From: Ophelia neglecta
Taxonomy: Eukaryota
DNA: 64,000 nt
Direction of reading: 5' to 3'
NCBI GenBank assembly: GCA_965285935.1
Contig: OZ260667.1
Location: 31,992,001-32,056,000 of the forward strand
The notes under the pieces were generated by a model. It saw only the letters and a program-made list of their open reading frames with translations, was not told the DNA's origin and did not search any database. The stretch's first letter is position 1, and every line of letters begins with the position of its first letter. This document shows positions 40,770-52,876 of the stretch, piece after piece. A program made the position numbers and the translations under genes.

Positions 40770-43700
40770 CCTCTGGTGGAGAGTGTACTTAACTCAGATG
40801 ATCTGTTCCTGCAAAAGGCTCTGGGTCCTTTCTGGTTTGATACGAGTACCTATATAAACAGGTCAATCAAAGTTCAATTTGGAAAATGTCACCATGCATG
40901 GTCTATTCTGAACTGTTGAAATTGGAAAATATCTACAGTAACTTTTAAATCTAAGATTTAGAATTTGAAGGAGTAGCATACAGTGTGTCACAAATAGGGG
41001 GCAGACAAACAACGGCTTACAGAACTCATGGACATAAATAGCTATAAGTGTGTGAGGAGTAAGGTAGGGAGGGTTGTCATACTCTCAGTTAGAATGTCAG
41101 GTCATTAACTTTGTAATTCAAGAAGGTTCTAGAATTAGGCATAAATCCTACCTTGGAATGCTACATCTACGGTGGATTATACATAACACCAGTTAAAATA
41201 GCCCCCATGGCACCTGGGAGGTGCAGATATGTTATCAGTTTGTCGGAATTAAAGATACCGGTACATGAAGTTAGAAATACACCTGTACAAACTAAGGCTC
41301 ATCATTGTATTTGAAAACACATTACACTAAAACATTGTCATTTCATTAGTAATTTATTCTAGACTTATTATAAGACTCAAGTCAAATAATGTTACTATTT
41401 TCGGACTAAAAGTTTTAATAAACTTCCAGCAGTTTCATGTCAATTAAGAAATGAGAGGTGTTTTACACTAAATCTGTCTTTATTGGTCTCACATCTGATA
41501 TCAAATTTGCCGATAGCCAATACTTGCTGTCATAAGTGTCATTGCTAAAAGTGAATTTCTAACCTCCTTCGAGTTCCGACAAGCCCGAAAAACAGTTACC
41601 TCATCACCTCTCAGTGCCATAGAGACTCTTTTAGTCCAGGACTTGTAGGTGTATACATGCTATCTCTAGATCATGCTCTAATACTGGTATCTGAATATTA
41701 TCATTTTCTAAATTATATAAAGTGCCAGCACTGAGCATTAAATTATTTCAATGTCAAACTGAAACAATCGGATAAATTATTGGAATAGCATAAAATTACA
41801 AAATTTTGGGAAAACAAAGTTAGGCTGGTATTAAGGAGTTTGCAAATTTAAATTTTCAATACAGATTCAATTTAATGCTTCAAAGTTTCATGTGGTACAA
41901 TATCTATAAAATGCCTGGGAGCATTAGCCCAGTGTGATTTAAAGTCAAACTTCTTCCTTTTTCAGTAAGCACAACACAACCGAATTTAAGCACATTCCTA
42001 CAGCATGAGCACCGGTAAGTTGTGAAGAGGGTGACCAATTGTTAAAACCTTTTAAGCACATTGTGAGTGGCATTATATGGTAGACAGCTAAAGATTTTGT
42101 AGTACTAAAATCTTTCTTTATTCAACTGACCAGAAAGCACCCAGTTAACCAAAAAACTAAAGCTATTACTCCTTTTTTTCCGAACTGGCCTATGATGTAT
42201 CTTGGGAACCTGTCAGGAAAATAAATAATTAAGAAGACAGTGATTAAAACAAACATAAAATAGAGGTAAACTGTGTCTGGCCCAAATACTCTCAGAGAGA
42301 GCTTATTGAAAATAGTTAACTTGAAAAATTGCATTGGAAATATACACCGTAAAGAAAGAGAAGTCACTAATACTGAAAACAAAAAATTCAGCAAGTACAG
42401 TAGTTCCAGCCTAATTTACCCATGAATGCGTATGCCAAGTTTTTTGGGGGGAGGGGGGGGGGGCTCTTTTATGCATCCCCTTTTTTTTACTTCATTTCAA
42501 GAGTTTTTATTTACTTAAAGTTACATAAGTTACAAATTATTTCTGGTCTTGTTTAATATATATCATACGCTGGAGGGGAAATATTAGGGTTGCAACTACT
42601 GTAAACTTTGTAATCCCTGATATTGCTGTATAACACCATATATATAAGACAGGATCAACAAGTTGACATGATGGGGAGTATGAAAGAGTTGTCTGTTACG
42701 GCTAGCTAGTTATGTCATAAAAATATGATTGCTTACCATATTTAACCATGTATAAAATATTATATCAGATAAGTGAATTATTATGTGAAAATGTCAAATA
42801 TAGATGGGACATTAATGAAACCCTGTCTCACTCCTCTGTCAATCATTGCTCACCCTGAATATCATGGTGACATACTTGAAAATTTAACCACATGCAATCT
42901 AATAGAATTCTATGCAAAATGCAATGTTAGTATTACTAAGAAATACTTTTGACTTTTTGTAAGTTCAATAGTTGTGAACTAGGTTTAGTAAAGATAGAAA
43001 GAGAGGTCCACAGCCATAGCTACAGCACCCAATGCACCTATGTTTGAAATAAAGAAATAAACATTATTAACTCAATCATTAAGTAATGTGAATCAATACA
43101 GACACTAATAGATAATACAAGTTTCTATTTAAAGAAAATAATCCATACATAGTTCTGCAACGTAAACATTAAGTACAAGATCAACATATATCAAAAGTAT
43201 CAAGTAATTATTCAATGAGGGACCAAAATCAATTAGAGAATGTCTACATTAAAAATAAAACCAATAAAACACTGTTTTGTTGCTGGAGTTCAATGCAATT
43301 GGGTAAAGCAATAAAACCCTGGTGGATGGTAAAACCCTATCACTAGTTTTAAGCATTAGGCTCTGAAATCAATATTTTAATTGTTTTGATTAAACAAATA
43401 ATGCAGCCCTTTACGAATTTATCTCAGGGTAATCTATACTCCAAACTCATGAGTAATTACTTTGGAATTTCTGCACATGTATTGCTGTCAGGAATTTCTC
43501 TGCTTTTAACTGATTAAAATATACTTTACTGAATTTTCAATACACTCTTTAAATGAGCTAATAATTTTCAGACTGGCCACTGTTATCCTAGGACAGTTAG
43601 GTGTCTGGAAGCAGTTATATTTTTGGCCTTAACGGGTTGGGAATTCAAGGGGGAAAATTCTTGGTCTACTTGAGTGTTTCTTTCTGCTAACTTTCAACTT

Positions 43701-44421
43701 GGATATTTCCATTTTACTCATACAGTGGTAACAATGATAAAATGTGATCTAAATAGGGTTTACATTCACTCTTTCAGATTCAGAAGTGTCCAAGTTTTTT
43801 CTGAGTTACAAATGCATCTCCATTAGAAATAGGTATCAAAGTCCGAACCTGGTCCATGTTTGGAGTTTTTCAACCCTCATTTAAAAGCATGAAGAAATTT
43901 TCTTTGGGGATTTAACACACCCACGGGAAGAAAAGTGTCAAACATACAAGGTGGATTGAACATTTGTGTATCAAATCAACTATATTAAGTTAATTGTTTT
44001 ATTTACAAATATTGAAATGAGAAACAAACTATAAGAACCATCTAGATTTTAAAAGAGATAAACGAATAAACATGATGCTACTGCTGTGTGTAATATTCAA
44101 GGCAAGATTTTAAAGCTTAATAACAACATTTTCAAACTAATTATGATAAAAACAATATATTTATAGATAGTGATAGCAATAGTGATGTTCTTGATTGTTT
44201 GACCATCGCCCAGCTGTTGGCCCTTACCCAAAAAAATATCTAAGACGTGTAAGGCTCTTTCGACAGTTGGCCCAAGCCGGCTTGTTGACAGTTCATTCTG
44301 TTCCGGTTGGGAAATAATAAGATTCTACGAGAACATTTCTCTGTAATACTCTTAACGGGGGCCATAAAATTAACTATCATGGGTGACTAGACGGTGTTTT
44401 ATGGTTTGTTATCCTTGATCA

Positions 44422-44431
44422 CCAAATATGG
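44422..44431. promoter_or_regulatory. Consensus CArG box (CCAAATATGG) in putative CAP intron 1
   Basis: Matches CC(A/T)6GG; ~230 bp from the putative exon-1 donor. Confidence 0.4.
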
Positions 44432-44662
44432 CTTTATTTACGGAGATACGCCTAGATAAATCAAGGAATTCAGCCGGTGATTCATGGGGGCGGCCATCTT
44501 GGAACTAAGTAGGAAGATGCCTGCAAATTTTCTAAGTTGATAGCTCTATTAGCAAGACTCGATTTGAGGTCATACTCAGGGGAACTAAGCCCACCCATAA
44601 GATTTCTAATACAAGTCAATTTTTAAGAGATTACATGAACGTTTACAAAGACATCATCGTAC

Positions 44663-44800
44663 CTTTTCTGCCGGAGGGAGTGTCAGCAATTCCGCTACAG
44701 GGGTCGCTGCAATAGGCGGAAGTCCTGTTCTTTACGTGCAGAGTGGAGTATGCATCGGCTACTGCCAGCTAACTCGCAATCCAGCACAGCAGTTCGCACG
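44663..44800 (-). other. CAP: Putative non-coding first exon of CAP (5' end approximate)
   Basis: Donor AAAG|gtacga at 44663/44662; GC/CpG-rich; lies at the boundary between CpG-depleted and CpG-normal DNA; its only ATG (44755) opens a 7-codon ORF. Confidence 0.6.
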
Positions 44801-45571
44801 GTAGTACTACTTCGCCTTCGTTAAATAGCAATGGCAGACATCATCATAAGTATATTTAGCGAAACCTGTAGATTGTGACCACACAAAGTCTGTTTTGACA
44901 GGTTGATTTTACTTTGTAAGGGACCATGGTTCCCATATAGAATATAGGCCTAGTATTCGCAATTGTCCCGATATTCTTCTGATATCGATTTTTTTTTGTT
45001 AAATATATTTCTTAAAATATATATATTAGCCAAATACATTTGCAATATAATAAACATGACCATTTTTTTTATAAAATTGTCAAACCTTGTCGAAAACACC
45101 AATTTTGCATGACATACTCCCAACTTTCATGCATTCTGAACCCATTACAACTTCGTTGATATTTACGATGGCGGCCATTTACAAGAGGGCCTCATTTGGC
45201 AAATCAAAAGAGGAATTTTACAGAACTTCATTTGTTTTGAGTACCACAAGTAACGAAAATGTTCTTGTTAATGTTAGTTTTAAAATTTGTTGAAAGTTAC
45301 TTTAGATTTTTGAACATACGAACCAGAGGTACAATGAAAAGTATCATGAAAAGTGTCGACTTCTATTTACAAATGCTTGGTGATTGGATACCCGGCAGCT
45401 AATCTCAATCAGTTTTCAAGAAAGTACCCATTAACTTGGCCCCAATACATCAGAACCACCAGTTCCCTGGCCAACATCGATTCCGATGTCAGTAAACTTA
45501 AAAGAGGATGGTAAACAAATAAAATATAAAATCTGTATAGCAACGAAAAATAATCAACAGTTTTCAAAATG

Positions 45572-45705
45572 TATGACGAGTCATATCACGGTAACGGACA
45601 GTAAACTATACGCTGAGCAATATCACATTAAACTGAGAGTAAACCCTACTTCGAGTCATATCATAGTACCTGACAGTAAACCCAGTGTTGAGTCATATCA
45701 CAATG
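45572..45705. repeat. Degenerate tandem repeat, ~4 x 37-38 bp
   Basis: GAGTCATATCA...GACAGTAAAC recurs at ~45577, 45614, 45652 and 45690. Confidence 0.7.
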
Positions 45706-46169
45706 ATATATCAACCAGGTCTTTGCGTGGACTCCAAGGACCTATTTAATCAACTTCAACATTCTGTGATCTTAATAAATTAACTTAATTTTTCCTCAAG
45801 TTAATTAAGTTAATAAATAGGTAAATAAATGGAATTTATAATATTATTATTCATCATGATTTCCATATTCTGCGTATTATGTGAGAACAAATTTGAATGT
45901 ACCACGGAAAAGTGCCAGTCCTTTTGGAATAAAATAAGAAAGAAATAATCACACATATGGATAAGTCAAGGACATGTCTTGATATTGGTATACTCTTTGA
46001 AATTCGATATAAATGTGTGTTTCTTGTGTAACTTGAAATGGCTGCCAGCATGACAATACAAAGATTCATTGGATTTTGAAAATATGCATGCAAAAAAGTC
46101 TTTTTCCTAAATAGTTGGTGCTTTTATGCACGAAAAAAACTAAAAATGGGATATATTTCTCTATTTCAG

Positions 46170-46620
46170 ATGTGTCAAATGGCGGCCACATTGGAAATTG
46201 CGACCACCTTTTTATAGCAAAGAGTATATCCTGATATTTTGGTGCTTCTTCTCAACAGAATTGAACTTATATAAATATTTCTTTTCTTATAAATAAATGG
46301 CACCCATTTTGAAAAGGGTGGACTTCTTGAAAATTCAAAGTGGATTACAATAAAGTTTCTAGGTAGGCCTATGCAAATAAAAGATAGTTTCCTGAAGGTT
46401 AGTTCTACTATTGTCATCAAAAGAACTAAAGTTTTGTAAGTATTCTTATTTCTGGTTGGTCAAATGACGGCCATCATGCGAATGGTGGCCATCTTGAAAA
46501 TTCAAGCTAACAGTCGATGTTAAAAATATAGATTTTGAAGGGTATTTCCTGAAAATTTGGTGCTGTTATCATTATTTGAACGTTTCGCATAATGTTTCGC
46601 CTTGCTCTTCTCCACTACAC
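46170..46620. repeat. Old interspersed-repeat remnant with AAATGGCGGCCAT-type motifs
   Basis: Motif copies at ~46177, 46296, 46462 and 46481 (also 45168); no intact termini found. Confidence 0.4.
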
Positions 46621-48497
46621 AAGTCAGCAGTGACATAAATGAAACCCTTTACCAATGAATATTTTACCATATTTCAAAAAGTCGACTTATGGTTTAATTT
46701 CCCATTATAATGTACATTATGGTTTTGGTTTATGTAAAGAGGTCACCGTTTCAAGCAAATAAGAATCAGTACCCAGCCCTATGCTGGCCAGAATGTGATG
46801 GAAGAATCACTGATATCTTATCACTCATATAGTTCTTTGACCAGGAACAATTAATATTTATAGTGGACTAGTGAAGTGGGATATTTTTTCCACATAGAGT
46901 GCAAATTACTTAATTTATTATTGGTCTTTCTGGCAACTTATTTGTCTCTAATGCATGTCTCGAGTGCAATTCCTAAAAATCACATGGTAATTTTCACCAC
47001 CTTCTACAGAGACTGCTTACAACATCTATTCAGTCAGCAGTGGCTAAACTGAAAATATGAATTTATTATTTTCTTGCATGCTTTAGTGTCCTATGCAAAA
47101 TAGAAGGTTTTAATTATGATAACAAGATAACAAGACTTGCCCTATAAGTATACGAATTCATTGAACTGTCCGAGTGCCAGTGCAAAAAGACTGTTGTAAA
47201 GCAGCCGTCCTATTATGGAGCCTCTGAGAACAAGAACAAACCCCATTTTTCAGGAATTTCTTTGACTTTTTTTAATGTTATTTAAGACTCGATAGACAAC
47301 CTTATAAAGTAAACAGTAAACACGCTGCAAGAAAATAAAACACTACATGCCAGCGAATATTTTTTAAATGTAGCTCCTGGTAATTTTATGAAAACCAGAA
47401 GAAAGTAGTTGCTTGACATCAAAAATATTTTGGCTCTGAATTATCAGAATTATTTGATGATACATTATACTTATGCATTTATATGCAACACAAATATGTG
47501 TGCCTGTATGTCTTATAGTGATTATCGAGAAATGCTTATTTGATAATTGAAAAGCGAATAATCAAGCAAAAGTATAATGATTCTAGCTAATATAAAGTAC
47601 TTTTTAATGAATGACATTTTTTGTCCTTTCCGCCAACGCTTAGTGACCATTGGTTTTAGACCCGTTGAGCACTTAAGCATCTCCTAGTGCAGGTAGGCTC
47701 TATATATGTTAATTTAAGCATGTCATTTTAATAAGTTTCGTCTTTTTTACGCCTGTTTCAACAGTGAACCTGTAACCAACATTAAAAAACGGAAACTTAA
47801 TACATATGCTTTATAAATTGAAATCAGCAGAGTACATTTGGACATTCATCAAACTGACTTTTTTTCGTCAATTCAAGTTTGTTTTAATGTTGGATTAATG
47901 CGTTGGATATGCTTTACTTACTACAAAACAGGCGTTGACAATCAGCCGGTCCCTCAGAACATGTATCATATTATTATTGAAGTCTCTTTCCTCATACCGT
48001 GCATTATTTATATTGTTTATTTATGGAAAAAGAAGATTCAAATTAATCAACTGTATCACAATTTAGCCGCAATTTACCATATCCCCTATGCAATATTCAG
48101 GTCACCCACGTCATCCAGATACATCTGACATGTTCATGTATAATGGTTTTTTCATATCGAGAGACACGTCTTTAAGTTCTTATGTTTGCATTGGGTCTGA
48201 CACTTCTACATCGCTTTATAGAGTTAGAAAAGTAGAAATATACCCTATTTAGTTGATCAGCATGCTGTATAATTTGACGTACCCTTTTCCCATGCACATA
48301 CACGGGTAAAACACTCGAGCCGACTTGGGTAAATGCGTGTAGAGCAATGCTCTGTTCGCGTTTCAGAATAACGAATTTTAATGAGCGTTCGTACATCTAA
48401 ATGTTGATTTGTTTCCTGTGTCTATGCACAGCTTCTTTTGAGTTCGAGCCTTATATAAGGAGCTAAAGAAGAGAAATGGCATTGGATACCCTGTCAA

Positions 48498-49052
48498 TGA
48501 AACTCATTCTGAAGGAAGCGAGCTCTGAAAGCGGCCTCTTCTAAAAAAAAACAGGCTCTGAAGGAAGCTCCCACTGAAAGAAACTCACCCGGAAGGAAGC
48601 TCCATCTAAAGGAAACACGCTCTCAAGGAAGCTGCCTCTTAAGGAAGCATACTCTCCAGGAAACTTACTCTGAAAGATCCACGATTTTAAAGAAATTTAC
48701 TCTGAAGGCAGCTCCCTCGGAAGGAAGCTCACTCTGAAAAAAATCTCATTCTGAAGAAAGCATACTATAAAGGAAGCTCACCCTGAAGGAAGCATACTCT
48801 GCAGGAAGCTTAATCATATGGAAGCTCACCCTGAAAGAAACATGAAGGAAACTCAATCCGAAGGAAGCATGTTGTCAATGAGCTCAGTCTGGAGTATACA
48901 TGATCTCAAGAAAGTTTACACTGAAGGTCATTTCCTCTCAAGAAAGCAGCATCTGAAGGAACATGCTCTGGAGGAAGCCCCTTCAGAAGAAATGGTTTCT
49001 GGACAAAGCTCGCACTGAAGAAAGCTCACTTTGAAGGAAGCTCAATTTGAAA
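48498..49052. repeat. Degenerate minisatellite, ~16-bp unit CTCACTCTGAAGGAAG
   Basis: Some 30 diverged copies of (A)CTCTGAAGGAAGC. Confidence 0.9.
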
Positions 49053-52000
49053 TTTGCAAAACGGTGGGTCCTTAAATAAGTCCCAGAGTAATACCCTTCA
49101 TTTGGATTCTTTCCGATATGAGTTGATATGGTCATTAATTCCGTATCATTTAAGGCCTATCCATATCCATGCATGTGGTGTGTTACGCTCTTCCAGACGG
49201 GGACTTTGTCTTGTCCAGGGAGACACAGGTACGTGGCGTGTTCCATTCCCAATAGCATAGAAAGTGAATATCAGTCAAGTTTTGTTTTCGTCTCCATTCA
49301 AATTTCAAGACATACCTGCCCGTTTAAGCGGTTTTAAAGCATTAGATATTTTTCTCGGTTTCCCCGACCAATCAAGATACCCTGAGTGTCGTACTTTCTA
49401 CTTTCTGGTATTAAGTAGATGGGCCACACGCTTTCATTCTATTTACTGATGTAGATTGTATGTAGAAAGCGACCAGTGTGCGCAGACTGACTTAAATTAT
49501 GATCTTGTAAAAGGTATTTCAAAATTGTAAAAGGAAGGAGAGTCCCAGGGAACGTGCGGTCCCTGGTCCTTCGGGGATATTGCTTATGGACTTTCTGTCC
49601 TATATAGGAGTAGCTTACACCGTCTAGTATCGGTGTAGATCAATATCAGTGTCTTGCCTAAAGTGACACATGCATATCTGTCTCGTATAGGGATAAGAAA
49701 TAATGTTCCCGCTTTTGACGGCCTTTAATTTATCCATGCACCATCACCTCAGAGAAACCGACTAGACATATAGTAGTAGAGTGTATTATATACTTGTAGG
49801 ACAAACACTGAATGTTATCCACTGGTCCTGTTGACCGAGGTACTGTTTGTTATGTTACCCGGACATCTGCTAGTGCATGGTACAGTTGTTTTGTTTTCTT
49901 TTATTCTTGGAAAGATATGCTAGTGAGATCTGGAATAATTTGTATCAAATAACGGACATCAGGTTGATCCTTAAAATGTTCCACGAACTTATAAACTTTA
50001 ATAATTAATAGTCTGTTCGGTTTCCGGTTCATTTCTCATAAATTACTGTTTTTTTTAATTTGTTTAACGTAGGCCTACCACTAATTTTATTGATTTATCT
50101 ATTTTATTAATACATTTTACGTATCATTTAATTATTTGGCATTTTTTTGTTATTTCGTACTTTAGCCTAAAGTACACCCGTTCTACCACGTTCGATTTTT
50201 TGGGAATATTGATGCTCGGAACTTAATTTGCCGGCGTCTTCTGTTTAGGCGGGGAGGTACCTTATAGAAATTTTGAATACCCGATCCACCTATATGTAAA
50301 TAATATCTTATATGTACCCATGCCTACAGGTAAAACAGTGAAGTAATATTTTAATACTATATTCCCCACCGACCCCCCATACAGTGAAAAAGACCTGCTC
50401 TAATCATATGATTGAATGCGTTTTTATAACAAATAGAGCGATCACCTCTTTATTTTGTCCAAGCAAAAACTGACGAACAACATTGAAGAATTTAAAGCCG
50501 AAATCAGTATGTCACCGACAGAAATATCTTTGTGACACGGGGAATTGATGGTCGGCTTAAGACAGATTTCACGGGCAAGTCCCGATTGCAGCGATAAGGA
50601 TTCTGGGACAGAAGACACGCGTAATGTACGCGTAGTGAATACAAACGATAGAGAGGTCCCGTAAGTTCGGCGTTTGAAGTGATGCTATTTCCGGCCGCCT
50701 CCGGCATGCCGGGCGAGCCCTGAAGTCTTAGTCGAGCTCTGCATCTGTTGCAGTCTGTTTGCTGACCCAACGCGACAAACTTAAGATACAAACTCCTATC
50801 AGGTGAGGATTGAGTCAGCTCTCATAGATGGCTCGTATAGACAGTTTATGAACAAAAACTTAATCTGGTAACAGTGCATGGCAGGGCAGACGCCTAGAAA
50901 TGCGACCGGTTTTGCCCAATATATTTTGTTTTAGTCTATTGCTTACCCAATGCGACAATGTTGGGATTCTCACCCCTAACTATTGGGTTAAAATTCAGCT
51001 CTTAGGCAGGTTATGGCTTGACCAGCTGCCGACCAAGCTGCAAGGTGTCATCGTTATAGGCAACAAGTCTATAGACCGGAAGGTCTAATCGTTTCTCACC
51101 GACACTTCACGGACACCCTCTATTCCTTGGGCTTCGGATTTTACTTGATTCATTTTAACGACTAAGATTCTCGGATTCTTTTGGCCCGAGGGACATAAAA
51201 ACATCCCAGGATATAAGAATCCGTAAACACACTTCCATTGTATTCAGAGTCAAAGACATTGAATACTGTAAACAAATGTCCAACGGTCGAAAAATCATTG
51301 GGAATCAGAATCCAGAATTGATTTTGACAGAAGGAATCTGAGTATGGTACGAACACATGTCAGTAGTAGGCCTACGGTGCTGACATATTAAAGGACTCTT
51401 ATTCCGTACTAAAATAAAAGTCGCATTTTTGTTAAGACACTGATTCCGGCACAGGATATTAAAATAACGTGTTCCTATAGAAGCTAAAAGATAGAATAAG
51501 ACGCCCGTTGACAATATAACCCGAAACCATGCAGGAAGACTGCTGATCCTTTTACGCAGGAATAAAATATGAAATAGTGTAAGGTCAAATTCTGTTGGTC
51601 TGCAAAAGTATTAGTAAATTGGAAGTAAGGTGTAAAACGCACCAAAAATTACCGAGAAACTTCCTACGTTGAACATTGCGTACAAACATTACTTCTTTCA
51701 GCAGTTTGTCTAATCCAATTCATGACATGCTGAACCTCGAGCTCGAGAGTCCTAGGCCTAATGAGTATTCATTCTCGTGCCAATTGCGCATATTTCTTAT
51801 ATCGTCGAAGCCTTTCATGTTTATTTTTTCAATTCCACACCTGCCCGACCTGGGCAGCCAATTTGTAATCATTCGGACCCATGTGTCATACACCAAGTTT
51901 TAGGATTCCCTTGTGCTAATGACAGTAATAAGCAGCCACATCTAGCCACAAATATGAAAACCCTACAACACACTCATAATATTGTATAATAACTAACAAT

Positions 52001-52758
52001 TCCTTTTTTATCAGCTATTATATATGGGACACAATAGCTTCGCCTGGGCTACGAAGAGCATTTCTTGTTTGCTTGCTAATATTTTTGAGAATCTTTGTTT
52101 ACAACCACCCACAACTAATTCACTAGGCCTATTATGAAACGAAGGGCTCGCTTTTGCTCTTAGGCAGATGAATATTACCTATCTGACAATAACTGCTGTA
52201 AGGAGAGCATATTTATTTCTCTACTGCACAAGTAGACTATTAAAGAACCAGTAATTAGGAGAACGCTTGTGATGCCGAAATCTCTCGGGCCAGCATTAAG
52301 CCGCACAGCAATTATGAAAAATTAACTTGACTAGCCTACCAACCGACAGAAAACCTTCTCTACCGATGCATGCAGGCAACTGTTAAGTGTAAGTTTGTGT
52401 ATATATGCTTGTTATGATAAATAATGTAATATATTACATGGCGCATTTCGTCGAAGAGCTTATGTTAGGTTTTGGCTTGAAGGCAGAAACAAATATGCCT
52501 AGCTTTTTTTCGGAAAAGGGTGTTTTTCAAGTTGTGTGCTTTTGAAGTTTTTTAGGGATATAAAGTGAGGTATTTGCTTAAAACGTGTGAAGAAGTCACT
52601 CAGCAAAACGATTTGCATCTTTTGGCGTCTCAGACCGGATCCTATACCTTAGACACTAGTTAATTTGTAATCAGTATTCGTCGCATCTGGGAAGAATTCT
52701 GACACGGAGTAAAATAATTTTTGGGTCGTTGTTCATCGTCATGAAGGAGGTATGGATT

Positions 52759-52876
52759 GATAAATATCGGCTTGCTGAGGAAGCAATATGCAGTTATATT
52801 GGCTTGAAGCAAGTGGATATTATTTGCTGAATGCCAATATAGCTCATATTGCTACCACGTCAAGTCAATATTTATC
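52759..52876. repeat. Imperfect inverted repeat / ~118-nt hairpin
   Basis: GATAAATATCGGCTTG..AGCAATATGCAGTTATATTGGC pairs with GCCAATATAGCTCATATTGCT..CAAGTCAATATTTATC. Confidence 0.7.

Larger units (their letters stand above)
44200..44870 (-). promoter_or_regulatory. CAP promoter region
   Basis: CpG-rich; TATTTAA on minus strand at ~44821-44827; ETS-type CGGAAGT at ~44717; YY1-like AAGATGGCCGC on minus strand at ~44490-44500. Confidence 0.55.

Noticed and set aside
43317-43927. Possible old TIR element
   Set aside because: Putative termini too degenerate to support; no target-site duplication
48818-49018. Glu/Ser-rich ORF
   Set aside because: Translation of the degenerate 16-bp minisatellite
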